From Catajapyx aquilonaris (taxonomy: Eukaryota), in NCBI GenBank assembly GCA_000934665.2, contig KZ538074.1, positions 1 to 64,000 on the forward strand: DNA of 64,000 nt, in the 5' to 3' direction. Below are positions 1 through 11,930 of this stretch, piece after piece (within the stretch, counting starts at the first letter, position 1; each line of letters opens with the position of its first letter). The position numbers and the translations under genes are program-made. The notes under the pieces were generated by a model. It saw only the letters and a list, made by a program, of their open reading frames with translations. It was not told the DNA's origin and did not search any database.

Positions 1-190
1 GACCCATTAGCTACGACATTGCACCTTGCACCCATGTTCCCTCCCCAAAAATCCCTATCCTTTCCCATTGTCCCTGTTTCCTTGCACCGGTGAATGAAGC
101 GAAAATATATACAGAAAACTGATGGTGGTATGCCATCCCCCTATAGCTCCCATAAGGGACATCACGGGGTAAAATAAATAAATATTTAAA
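1..190 (+). mobile_element. 3' part of a SINE (shared core and tail family)
   Basis: gacattgcaccttgcacccatgttccctccccaaaaatccc...tggtggtat...cacggggt plus (TAAA)n, as at 27820-27960 and 31510-31705. Confidence 0.75.
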
Positions 191-1117
191 AAATATTAAG
201 ACAATTTCGCCCTTTATGATGTCTTGTACAGGCGCATAGGCAGAAGAATTTCAGAGGGGGGCCTATTTCGTAAGCAAAGGGTGAACAATCCGTAAAGCGG
301 GGGGGACGAGCCCGCCGCAGGCGAAATTTTTTGGGGGTGAGGTGAGGAGCTTAGGTGAGATGTGGGAGATTTGAATGGGTGTGTATTTGATGAAATTGGT
401 AGCACTTTTTCCCAAAAAATCATGAATTAGTAATTTATAATGCGCGGCGCCCCCTTCCCTTTGGCGCCCCGGGCGGTCGCCCGGCTCGCCCCCCCCTAAG
501 GCCGGGCCTGCCTGCAACTCCCACGATACGGTAGTGTACTTACCTGTACAGTTACAGAGTCTCCGTCCTGGTGCTGGAGCAGCCCCACAGGAACCTTATT
601 TAAGGGGCGATAGCCCCTTAGTAAGACCGTAGCATAGATTTCAACAATGAATTTCTTCAACATCTTCTTCTTCTTGTTACGCTTTTTTTATTCGCCCTAA
701 CTCAAGTTCTGCTGTAGGTAGAGCTTCCAAATTTTGAACACAGATGCCCACCGTCGTGAAGTGCATTCCTACCATTTACACGTTTACTTAATTCCTCTTC
801 AAAACGCCGCAAAAAATTTAAAACCACCAAAAAAACCGTCTATATTTCTTTGCTCAATAACTATTCGGAATTCGGTTCCTTCTTCAACGGGCCGAAGGTG
901 CAGTGGGATGGTGCGGATCTATGTTCAAAATATCACAGTTCCACCTGCTGCAGGATTGGAGCTGTGATTTTTTTACCTCGTATTTTTTCTGTCATTAATT
1001 CATTTGTTCATAATGCCATCACCTAGAAACGTCAATTCTTGTTTACCCACTAGCCATATTGTTATTAGCGAAATACCCTGCCGCTGGTGTAAACGCATTG
1101 CACTTATTACAGATTTA

Positions 1118-1541
1118 CAGTTGAATCCGGATATAACAGCCTCGGCTATAACAGACTTGGTTATAAAGGCCGTCCCGGCATGCTTCCATTAGGCACTGTG
1201 TATTTGCACTCCTGATGTAACAGACTCATTTTCACTCACCTCAGGTATAACAGACCCTTTCTTGGACCCTCGGTGGGAAAATATTGTTGTCCAGGTATGC
1301 ACAAAGGAGACGGCAGAAGGAAATTTCGGATATTTTGGTCCTGCATAATTTCCGGGTGAGCCAATATTGCATTTGTGATAGATTTCATTAATCGGTATGT
1401 AGTCTAGTAGTGCATATAGTACAGCTACATTGAAAGCAGAAATTTATGTTTACGTTGCGTGACGATTCGGCTATAACAGACCTCGGTTATAACATACTTT
1501 TTTCGCAGTCTCTTGAAGTGTGTTTTATCCGGATTCAACAG
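1118..1541. mobile_element. pogo/Tigger-type MITE (second copy at 15998-16591)
   Basis: TA|CAGTTGAATCCGGATATAAC terminal inverted repeats. Confidence 0.7.
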
Positions 1542-2095
1542 TTACTATTAAGCCCGTTCGCTCCCTGCTATATAGCCATCGCCAGGTAATACCGGCCAAC
1601 ACTTAAGCTAATTTAATTATGAAATTATGTTACAGTATGCGGAATATCTAACTTGAGAAATGTGCCAGACTAATATTTGCTGCAATCGTTGCATTTCGCG
1701 AAAATTAAATAAGTTTGGGAGTTTTCAGATGTGACTGAGGCAAGCCACACATAGTATTGATTTAATTCTTGCAAAGTACCACGATTTCAGCAAATTCGTC
1801 TGGTAGAGTTCTCAATGTATATATTCCGTATATTTTAGCGTATAGGCTATTTAATAATAATTAAATCAGACTAACCGTTGGCTGGTAGCACTCGACTTTC
1901 GTTTTTTTACGACTATCTCTGTGAAAATAATTTTAGGGACTTCTAAGCGACGAAAATCGTCTCCAATGCATTCATAGTGCAGACTGTATAGTGTAGACAC
2001 TGTAGAGCATAAGTTATGTGTACTGTCAAAAAAGAACTGAAATTATATCAAAAATTTCCCTTCAGTAAAAAAAAAGAAGAAGTAAGACCTCCGCC

Positions 2096-4697
2096 CATAG
2101 CCCAGGGAAAGGCACATCCTATCTTCCACGACAGTGGGATCAGTGCTGGCTCACGGAAATTTCTTCAACCTGGAACGGGTCCTATATGGAACATTTTCTT
2201 ACAACTGCACATTTTATTCAGTAATAGTATGGATAAATAGAGCATAAGGCAACAGTCATACTACTAATATGGTGACATTTCCATAATCATTGTCTTGCCC
2301 CATTCAAGTGAGGAAAGGGAAATGTACATATTTTATCAACAGCCCCCAAAATGAGTTATCTTCTTTGCCAGAGTCTTATCAGACCATGAGGTTTAGGTTT
2401 TTACCCGGATATAAAAAATGTAAAGCTGAAAATTTGCGCAAAGGCTCTGGTATGCTGAACAACATATCAAAAGTCCCCGACTCTCCCCTGACCGCGTCAT
2501 GTTTTTTTTTTGTTGTTGTTTTTTGTTTTTTTGTTTTTTTTTGCTCAAGAAGTACTGTACATAAGTGACACTTGCCTTGGAATCCCCATATATACAGGGT
2601 GATCAAACTTTTTTGTCGTTTTAGTTATTGACAGATTCAGCCTAAGCTGCTTATATTGTAGCCCGTTACCTGGCAACCCCGTCCGGTGGGCCAATTCAAA
2701 CATCGGCCCATGGAGAGCGCATCCATTGTTGCCACTGTTTACAAATTGAGTGAGTGAGTGCGCAGGCAGAAGAGACCCGTCGCTGGGTCGTCCGCGTCAC
2801 TCACTCGATTTGTAAACAGGGGCAACAATGGAAGCGCTCTCCATGGGCCGATGCTTGAATTGGCCCACCGGACGGGGTTGCCAGGTAACGGTCTACATTA
2901 TAAGCAGCTTAGGCTGAATTTGTCAATAACTAAAACGACAAAAAAGTTTGATCACCCTGTATAAAGCTCAATATTTGTATACGTATTATTATTTCTTTAA
3001 TGTATGTCACCTGGCACGGAGAGCGCTCAAATTTCGCACTGCCATGTCTTACCTATCACTGACCCCGAGAAAAGTCCCAAACCCGAACTTATTTGAGTCT
3101 AAGGGGGGTTTTCAGCAGATTAGGCAATTGAATCGCTTTTTATAAGAAGGGAACAAGTCCAAAAACCTTACTTTGGACTTGTTCCCTTCTTATAAAAAGC
3201 GATTCAATTGCCTAGCAACCCTGGCTGTCAACAAGCGTACAAGCCCGAAGGATGGATCTGCCTCTCTCACTCAAGTTCTAAAATGACATCAACATTGCAT
3301 ATTCAACAATGAAAACAATAGAACGGGCAGGTTGGCAAGAATAATAATTGCAGTGCACGTAGGGTATTGTAACAATTAACAGTTGGAGTACTTCATCGGG
3401 GAGTGCCGAGATCAACAATACCGAACAATACAGTACTGTACAGTTACTACAGTACATATCGATAGAACCTGCCACAAGGCACCAGGAAACACAGAGGAAA
3501 GAAGAGCAGGTATACGTTCGTGTGTTTGGTCTCAGAAGTGTTGGAGTGATGCCTTCATGTTCAGATTGTGTTATCATCAAATAATTTTAAAAAAAAATCT
3601 GATACAAAATTTTCAAATGTAATTTTAAAACCGGGGTTAATGCGAATCGAATTGTGCGGAAATGACACGACCATTGCCATGGAGAGGCAATTTGGAATTT
3701 TCAAAAAATACATGGCCTTTTTTCCAAAATGGTCGCCATTATTTTGACCCTACAAGGCCAAGTTACTGCGGGTCAAATTGATCGTCTCAGTCTATGGAGC
3801 GTATATGTGCAAGGTGGCTTGCTTTCTGTAGGAATTTGCAGCATTTTATACCGTTTTTCCAATTATTGTCCCGCTCAGACTTGCACGATGGCACCGCGCT
3901 ATGAGCACTATGAAATATTTTGGCAGTTTTTTAACAGATGATCGCACAGATATGCCAGTGATATCGTTGTAAAGGTGGGAATGCGATGAAACCTTTTCCG
4001 TCCTGCACATTTTGTCGAGTCTGCTGTGCGGAACGGATTATTTTCATGTTTTCAAAAGTGCAAGGAGAAAATTCAAACTTGGCTGGCGTTTTCACGGTGA
4101 CCTTGACCTGCAGGTGATATGATTACCAGTCACGTTGTACATCCAATTGTAAACATTTTAAGAGGAATCCGAGCAAAATCGGACGAGTAATTTCGATTTT
4201 ATTGCCAATTCCAAGGCAAGTGTCACTTATGTACAGTACTTCTTGAGCAAAAAAAAACAAAAAAAACAAAAAACAACAACAACAAAAAAAACATGACGCG
4301 GTCAGGGGAGAGTCGGGGACTTTTGATATGTTGTTCAGCATACCAGAGAATGTGCGCAAATTTTCAGCTTTACATTTTTTATATCCGGGTAAAAACCTAA
4401 ACCTCATGGTCTGATAAGACTCTGGCAAAGAAGATAACTCATTTTGGGGGCTGTTGATAAAATATGTACATTTCCCTTTCCTCACTTGAATGGGGCAAGA
4501 CAATGATTATGGAAATGTCACCATATTAGTAGTATGACTGTTGCCTTATGCTCTATTTATCCATACTATTACTGAATAAAATGTGCAGTTGTAAGAAAAT
4601 GTTCCATATAGGACCCGTTCCAGGTTGAAGAAATTTCCGTGAGCCAGCACTGATCCCACTGTCGTGGAAGATAGGATGTGCCTTTCCCTGGGCTATG
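2096..4697. repeat. Long inverted repeat; arms 2096-2583 and 4208-4697 (about 490 bp, near identical)
   Basis: catagcccagggaaagg... versus ...cctttccctgggctatg; nearly the same spurious ORF appears on both strands (2290+ and 4503-). Confidence 0.95.
2595..2959. mobile_element. Palindromic Tc1/mariner-type MITE
   Basis: TA|CAGGGTGATCAAACTTTTT...AAAAGTTTGATCACCCTG|TA; arms about 165 bp. Confidence 0.85.
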
Positions 4698-4939
4698 ATA
4701 GAGCGATCAGTAGTTGGTCACACGGTTCTGCATCTCGGAGTCCGATGCAAATAACCTTTGCCACGCTTTGACCTTTCAGATATTTCTTGAGGGGGCCGAT
4801 TATTATTACATAAAATTTACTTCAGATATTCCTGTGTGAATTCCATTTTAACGACTTTTTTGCAATTTTATACGGGAAAGTGACACTTACAGCTAATAAG
4901 CTGCTGTTTGAGTAGCTGCTTACTGAATATAAGGAACAC

Positions 4940-6115
4940 CATAATTGAAATCGCGGTATCTTTGAAACCGAAGCAGCACAAATGGCCATAGTCGAGTACA
5001 AATCAGCACAAACGGGGCACAAACGATTGGCCCAGTTGAAATTTTGAAATTCGCAAAACCAGTGCTGTGGTGACCAGAGTTAACTTGGCCCCACCACAAT
5101 ATTGACCTCGCTGTATCTCGAGAACGGTTGCAGCACAAACACCCATCTTCGGGCACAAATCAGCACAAACGAAGCACAAACGATTGCCACCGTTAAAATT
5201 TTGAAATTCGCTTGATTTCAAAAGCGTTATTTTGGCCCAACCAAATTCAAAGTGCTATAGCGTTGAAACCAAGCCAGCACAAACGCCCATATTCTAGCAC
5301 AAATAAGCAAAAATGCAGCACAAACGATTGCCACCGTTGAAATTTCGAAATTCGAAAGTGGTTGGGCTACCGTTAAACTGGCCCAACCAAATTGAAATGT
5401 CGATAGCGTTGAAACCAAGCCAGCACAAACGCCCATATTCTAGCACAAATCAGCACAAACGTAGCACAAACGATTGGCATTGTTGAAATTTCGAAATTCG
5501 AAAGTGGTTGGGTTACCGTTAAACTGGCCCAACCAAATTGAAATCGCGATAACGCTGAAACTAAACCAGCACAAACGCCCATATTCGAGCACAAATGAGC
5601 ACAAACCGGGCACAAACGATTGGCCCAGTTGAAATTTTGAAATTCGCTAAACTAGTGCTGTGGTGACCAGCGTTATAACTTGGCCCAACCACAATATTGA
5701 CCTCGCTGTATCTCGAGAACGGTTCCAGCACAAACGCCCATATTCGAGCACAAATCAGCACAAACGTAGCACAAACGATTGCGATTGTTGAAATTTTGAA
5801 ATTCGCGTTATTTCGAAAGCGTTAAACTGGCCCAACCAAATTAAAAGTGCTGTAGCGTTGAAACCAAGCCAGCACAAACGCTCATATTCGAGCACAAATC
5901 AGCACAAACGTAGCACAAACGATTGGCAACGTTGAAATTTCGAAATTCGAAAGTGGTTGGGCTACCGTTAAACTGGCCCAACCAAATTGAAATCGCGATA
6001 ACTCTGAAACTAAACCAGCACAAACGCCCATATTCGAGCACAAATCAGCACAAACGTAGCACAAACGATTCCCGTCGTTCAAATTGCGAAATTCGAAAGT
6101 GGTTGGGCCAGTTTA
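4940..6115. repeat. Satellite-like tandem repeat, monomers about 145 bp built on CAGCACAAAC subrepeats
   Basis: gaaattcgaaagtggttggg recurs at 5348, 5493, 5942 and about 6088. Confidence 0.92.
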
Positions 6116-6383
6116 ACGGACATCACACGTGTTAACCCCTGGAGCCCCAGCCGCCTAGAATCTAGGAGCGAACTCGACCGCCAGGTACCAGCTGTATACC
6201 TGCCACTGCCTAGTTTTCCGCTTACTCGTGCGCAGAAGATACGAACAAGATATTTTACAAATGATAACAGCTCTACAAGCCCATTCAGGGAAAACGTTAT
6301 GAATGTGTTGAAAACAATTTCCCTCCCATAGAAGTCCCTAAATTAATTTCCAAAAATACCGCTGTAAAAACTCGAAATAAGAG

Positions 6384-6650
6384 ACCGAAACAGTTTGGAG
6401 GAGGAGATATGGTGTCCGCCTGCTAATCGGGAGGTCCTGGGATCAAATCCCGGGGCCGGCAACTCTGACCGTGGTTTTCTGTGGTTTCCCACGGTCCTTC
6501 CAGGAAAATTCCGGAGTTGCTTCCGTAATTAATAGGCAACAGCCACTTCCTTCCGTCCCTATCCTATCCCAAAGAGCACAGTAAAATGAAAGCAAAGAGT
6601 TCCAGGCAAAACAAACTTCCCCCCTAAAGATGGCTGATAACGGGGTATGA

Positions 6651-6718
<68 letters not shown>
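6384..6718 (+). mobile_element. tRNA-derived SINE (family A) with (TTA)n tail
   Basis: tgctaatcgggaggtcctgggatcaaatccc B-box region; TSD aactcgaaatWagag at 6369 and 6719. Confidence 0.88.
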
Positions 6719-6719
<1 letters not shown>

Positions 6720-7689
6720 ACTCGAAATTAGAGTACTGCCAGCCAACTGTCAGGCTGATTTAGTTATGAATTACGTTAAAATATACGGAATAACAATTTT
6801 GAGAAGCGTGCCAAATGGATTTGCTGAAATCGTCGTACTTTTCGAGAAACTTGTAAGTAAATTTGGGAGTAATCCGAAGTGACAGGCAAGTTGCAGAAAA
6901 GTATTAATTTCTGGCATGGTTCTCAAGATTGTTATTCCGTATACTTTAACGTATTTCATCATTCAATCGCCCTAACAATTGGCCGGTAAGTTAGTACTCG
7001 GATTTTCATATTTTATACAGCGATCTTTTTGGAAATTAATTTACGGGCTTATAGCCAAGGAAAATAATTGTTTCTAATACATGCGTTGTGTTTTGCATGA
7101 ACTGGTAAGTATAGCTGTTACTCTTTGTCAGTGTTGGACAGGATATACAGGGTGGGTGGGAAGTAAGTAGGTACTGGGAAATGGCTGTAACTTCTATAGT
7201 TTTAATGCGAAGATAATGAAAATAACGTGTACATACACGTCACGAAATAGGATTCCATAATTCGCGCTTCGGAGGTGTGGTCAGTGACCGAGAGATCCCA
7301 AACGCGTGATCTATGACCTGATCTAGGTACTTTTAAAACGGAGTATCTGTACTTGTATCTAGATACTTTTTTCATGGGATCTATGGGATCCCATTCATGG
7401 GATCTATGATCTGAATTTTCCAGATCATGTTTTTTTTTTTTTTTTGCCTATAGCCTTCAAAGCCGTTAAGATCCATGAGTAATTTTACAGAACAATTCGA
7501 ACCTTTCTCATTTGCTCGTCCTAATCTCCCCTAATCACTGAGTGTATTTTAAAAAAGAACTGTGTAGGCCTGGCCTATTAATTGGATAAGTTTGTGTTTT
7601 TCAATTATACAAGTTCTCGTGTATTATGTAATTCATACTAGTCAAAATGTAATATGTATGGGACATGCTGGGAATTTTATGATTTATTG

Positions 7690-8183
7690 CAGCGGTTCCC
7701 AACCATTTTTCACTTACGTACCCTCTGGCGGCCCATTCCCATAAATTGTACCCCTTATCCCTAATGGAGAATGTTTGTAATAAATACCTGCTGTTATTTA
7801 AAATATAGGCTGTAACTGGAAATAAATTAATCAGTAAGAGGATAATAATGCAAAGCAACCATAAGATATACAAAGCATATATTTTTACATTCAAATTCAA
7901 ATGATACTTAAAGATTAACATATGTAATTATTATTAATAGTTAATATGCGCACACACTTCCATATATTTGGAATCTTGTTTCATGAATAACATAGCACAC
8001 AAGAAATGTTCAGTGAGATCCTTGTCCTTGTTTTGAAGCACATAATTTCTTGAAATCTGACTGAACATATTTGCCAGGTGCAATATATGGATTAATCCGC
8101 CATTGCTCCTTTTCTTTCGCGTACCCCTGACCATCCTGCGGCGTACCCCCGGGGGTACGCGTACCCCAGGTTGGGAACCGCTG
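7690..8183. mobile_element. hAT-type MITE
   Basis: CAGCGGTTCCCAACC TIRs with a perfect 8-bp TSD, ATTTATTG. Confidence 0.9.
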
Positions 8184-8778
8184 ATTTATTGAATAGGCCA
8201 GTATAATTCAACTATTTTTATGTCTGTGAAATTATTCTGTGTACTTATTATAATATTTTCAATTGCAGGGTTATTATTTTTGACACATTCATCAATGGAT
8301 CTTTTCTCAGTGTTTTCTGTTGCAATTTAGCAGTATGCCCCTGGGGGTGGCAGACAATATTCAAATTCCCTGTATCCCTCTTCACTTGAACTAAACTGCT
8401 AATTGACGTAAATCACTTTAGGTTGTGTGATCTGAAATCTGATCTAGATCATACCTAGATCCTTTAGAATTGAGAGATCTGAACTGGGATCTAGGTACGA
8501 AAACGCTGAAGTATCTGGGATCTGATCTAGATACATTTTTGGGTGATCTTTCCCAACACTGCTATTTGTAAAATATCTTGCCCTTACCTTCAGAGTACTT
8601 GTAAGTTGAACAGGAGGAAAATCTAGGCGGAAATATAGCGGATTAGCGAGTATACTGTGCGGCGATCTTTTTGAAAATTTATTAATTTACGGACTTCTAT
8701 GGGAGGGAAATTGTTTTCAACACATTCATAACGTTTGGACGGAGCGACACTATAAAAGCGATAGACAATACTGTACAC

Positions 8779-9185
8779 CAGGGCCGTGCACACGGGGGGG
8801 GGGGGGGGGGTTGGGGGGTNTTTGGGGGTTAAACCACCCCCCCCCCCCCATGCCGAATAAAAAATAAAAAATAAATTTGCCGCCCCTAAAGATTTGCCTC
8901 TCTAGGCGGTTGCCTACTTTGCCTTTTGGGAAATCCGGCGACCGGCACTGCTGCTTGTAAGGTAGGCCTATATTGTCTGTTGTTGTGATCCCCTCCTCGG
9001 GGTCAGTTTTTTTCCTGTGGGGGTCCCTATAGATGGATTTTTTTAGGAGGGGCGCCGAGTATGATAGTAGCCTAAGTGGAAAATAAACAGATCTGAAAGT
9101 CAACGACGATGTTCTTACCAGAGGGTAAACCCCCCCCCNCCCCCCCCCCCCCCCCCCGCATTTTCAAATCCTGTTCACGGGCCTG
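8779..9185. mobile_element. GC-ended non-autonomous DNA element
   Basis: CAGGGCCGTGCACA...TGTTCACGGGCCTG ends; 8-bp TSD ctgtacac/ctgaacac. Confidence 0.7.
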
Positions 9186-9409
9186 CTGAACACTATGCAG
9201 ATACAGTACCGTAGCCTAGACTACACGACTGTACACGACATTACTGCAGGTGTCATATTCGATAAGTCGAATTTTTTTCTCGGTCCCATGGTGGTTCGAG
9301 TTATCGGGATTTCACTGTATTTTCTCAAGGTTCATCACCACAGTCGGAGTTGGGAGTTTTGGTCGGAGTTGTTTTTGTTGCTGCTGCCTCTGCTGCTGCT
9401 GTTGTCGCT

Positions 9410-9412
<3 letters not shown>

Positions 9413-9496
<84 letters not shown>

Positions 9497-9498
9497 CA

Positions 9499-9554
<56 letters not shown>
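9413..9554. repeat. Palindromic microsatellite (AAT)28-CATC-(ATT)18
   Basis: Read directly from the sequence. Confidence 0.95.
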
Positions 9555-9770
9555 GAGAGGGTGCGCACACATTAAACCTGTGAAGCGGGAGAGGTCAATG
9601 CCCTCCGTCTCGTCCCCTTTCTCCCCGCTCCCCCTCCCCTCCCCCTTGTCGGCGGCCATAGTGGATTCGAACGAAGGTCGAAGCAGGTCTCTCGACTGTT
9701 GCTAGTTCCTTGTCCACATCCGCGTCAATAGGCTGCAATTCTTCAGCATCCGACCCTAGCCAGGTTCCAG

Positions 9771-9911
9771 ATGATGTCCGAAAAAGACGCGGAGGTATAC
9801 CGCTTGAGATTCCCTTTCAAGCTCTGGGAATTGGTCAACTCCTGCACCTCAGGGTCCATCCGATGGGGAGCCGAAGGGAAGTCAATTCTCTTGCACTATG
9901 AAGACTTCCAG
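9771..9911 (+). CDS. HSF-like gene coding exon 1 (47 codons)
   Basis: ATGATG start, N-terminal half of the DBD, ends CAG|GCAAGT (GC donor, phase 0). Confidence 0.8.
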
Positions 9912-10649
9912 GCAAGTACCTTGTACTGGTACATTTGACCAACACCTTTCTGGTTTAAGGCCAGGGAAGTATGCATGTGACAAGAAAAAAATGTATAGCC
10001 TATACATACGACTGGGCCACTGTCATGAGTTAAGGAGGGTCGTCATGAAGTGTCATTGACCCCTTGATAAAACATTCGAGTACATGGCAGGTGAAATGCC
10101 GGTAGAATAATGGCCTCAACTGGCAATTGATTAGAATTAGTGGCGTACAGCAGTGTTGTTTAAACTTTTTTGAGAGTAGCCTCTTAGTAACCACACTGGA
10201 ACTAAATTTTCCCTTGCCACCACTCATACTCCCATGTATATAATTGGAAATTTTGATCTGATCACGGCCAATCTAGATAGGAGTCCTGGTGTCTATATCA
10301 CTTTGAGAAACACTTGCAGAAAATGCCTGACAGGCCCTTACATCTAAGCAAGGCATATGATTATAATTGATACTAGATATATCATCAGCGCAAGTTAACT
10401 CATTCTGGTAGCCTTGCTCTAGAAAGTTGCATATCTCTCACTTGTTGCGATAGTTGAGTTGTATTTATTGTCGTTATAAAGAATAGGTACAGATCAACTT
10501 CATGGTTTGTCTGTTATTGTTTTGTGGTCTGTATAAGTGTTCCCAAACCTAAGATACTTGAGATAGGTTATGAACCAAGTGGTCAACTGATATCTTGGCA
10601 GTTTCTCTGTAGGAGGGAGAGAGTTAATAATAATAATAATAATAAAAAT

Positions 10650-10714
<65 letters not shown>

Positions 10715-11930
10715 ATACCCGTTATCAGCCATCGGCTCTTTAGGGGGGAAGTTTGTTTTGCCTGGAACTCTTTGCTTTCATTTTACTGTGCTCTTTGGGA
10801 TAGGATAGGGACGGAAGGAAGCGGCTGTGGCCTATTAATTACGAAAGCAACTCCGGAATTTCCCTGGAAGGACCGTGGGAAACCACAGAAAACCACGGTC
10901 AGAGTTGCCGGCCCCGGGATTCGAACCCAGGACCTCCCGATTAGCAGTCGGACGCCTTATCCACTATGCCAACCTGCTTCGGTAGAGAGTTAATATTAAA
11001 GCGCAATGTATTCAGAATGAATATGAATGAGGGGATTGCATGGGAAAAGAAGAAACATATAGAAAAGCAAAGAAGATAGTGAAATAAAATAATTATAATA
11101 AGCAAATAAATGACATACAGGAGCACAGATAGTCCAAAGAATTGGCAGCAATTAAATTAACTATGGTACTACCAGAAATCAGAATGTCACAACTTGTCTT
11201 CTTTGTCTGCTATTACTCCCTTTGTTTGCCTCCACCTGTCACAAGTGAAGCATTGATCTGCAATAATTTTAATGTGAAATATGTATGGTATTACCTGTAA
11301 ATTAAGGATATCTGGTAGTGACCTCTGAGTGAACTTCTATTTCCACAGCGGGAGTATATGAGCGAAGCAAACAGTTCATTCAAGACCAGATCCATAACAT
11401 CATTCATTCGCCAGCTGAATAAGTATGGATTCAAAAAAGTTCCAAACTATCATCGTCAGGCTGTGAGACTTGGACGCGATAACATTCCCCATGGCCTGCA
11501 TGAGTTTCATCATGACAGTTTTCAAGCCGACCAACCTGACCTGGTTGCAAATGTCTCCCGCAAATTTGCCAGCACCCTTGCCAGCACCCATGACAACACC
11601 CATCCCAGCACCCATTCCAGCACCAGACCTAGCAAGATAATGATTGGATTCATAGTCAGGCAGCTGGAAGTGCCCTTCATTAAATGCAAGCCCGTAGATA
11701 TGATTGAGAATAATTCCAGCATTGCAATGGAGATAAACCAAGAGGAGTGTGATCCACTAACAGTCAGGCAGCTGGAAGTGCCCTTGATTAAATGCGAGCC
11801 CGTAGATATGACTGAGAATTCCAGCATTGCAATGGAGATAAAGCAAGCTGAGTGCGATCCATTCATTGCAACAGTAAGTATACTAGTAAAACATCAGAGT
11901 AGGCCTACTGTACCTCAATCACCTCAGTAA
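9771..11930 (+). CDS. HSF-type DNA-binding-domain protein (HSF5/HSFX/HSFY-like, no obvious HR-A/B), two or three exons
   Basis: Splicing 9771-9911 to 11349 gives MMSEKDAEVYRLRFPFKLWELVNSCTSGSIRWGAEGKSILLHYEDFQ|REYMSEANSSFKTRSITSFIRQLNKYGFKKV...HEFHHDSFQADQPDLV, matching the HSF DBD pattern F..KLW..V...I.W...G.S...SF.RQLN.YGF.K. The 3' end is uncertain: read-through stop at 11930, or donor ACA|GTAAGT at 11874. Confidence 0.85.
10630..10983 (-). mobile_element. SINE family A in the HSF-like intron
   Basis: Reverse copy of the 6384 element; TSD agagagttaata at 10618 and 10984. Confidence 0.9.
11349..11873 (+). CDS. HSF-like gene coding exon 2
   Basis: Acceptor ttccacag|CGG, phase 0, in frame with ORF 11358..11930; contains SFIRQLNKYGFKKV; possible donor GTAAGT at 11874. 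Confidence 0.8.

Noticed and set aside
2290..4503. Duplicated MSCPIQVRKGK ORFs
   Set aside because: Artefact of the inverted repeat arms; TTG start and no recognisable domain
4940..6115. CRISPR-like array
   Set aside because: No unique spacers and eukaryotic context; it is a tandem satellite
9195..9659. Poly-I/N/Y ORFs (also 14733-15087, 10524-10808, 35636-35926)
   Set aside because: Translations of (AAT)n and (TA)n microsatellites
9660..9700. Autoregulatory heat-shock element upstream of the HSF-like gene
   Set aside because: The GAA/TTC triplets are not in alternating nGAAn spacing
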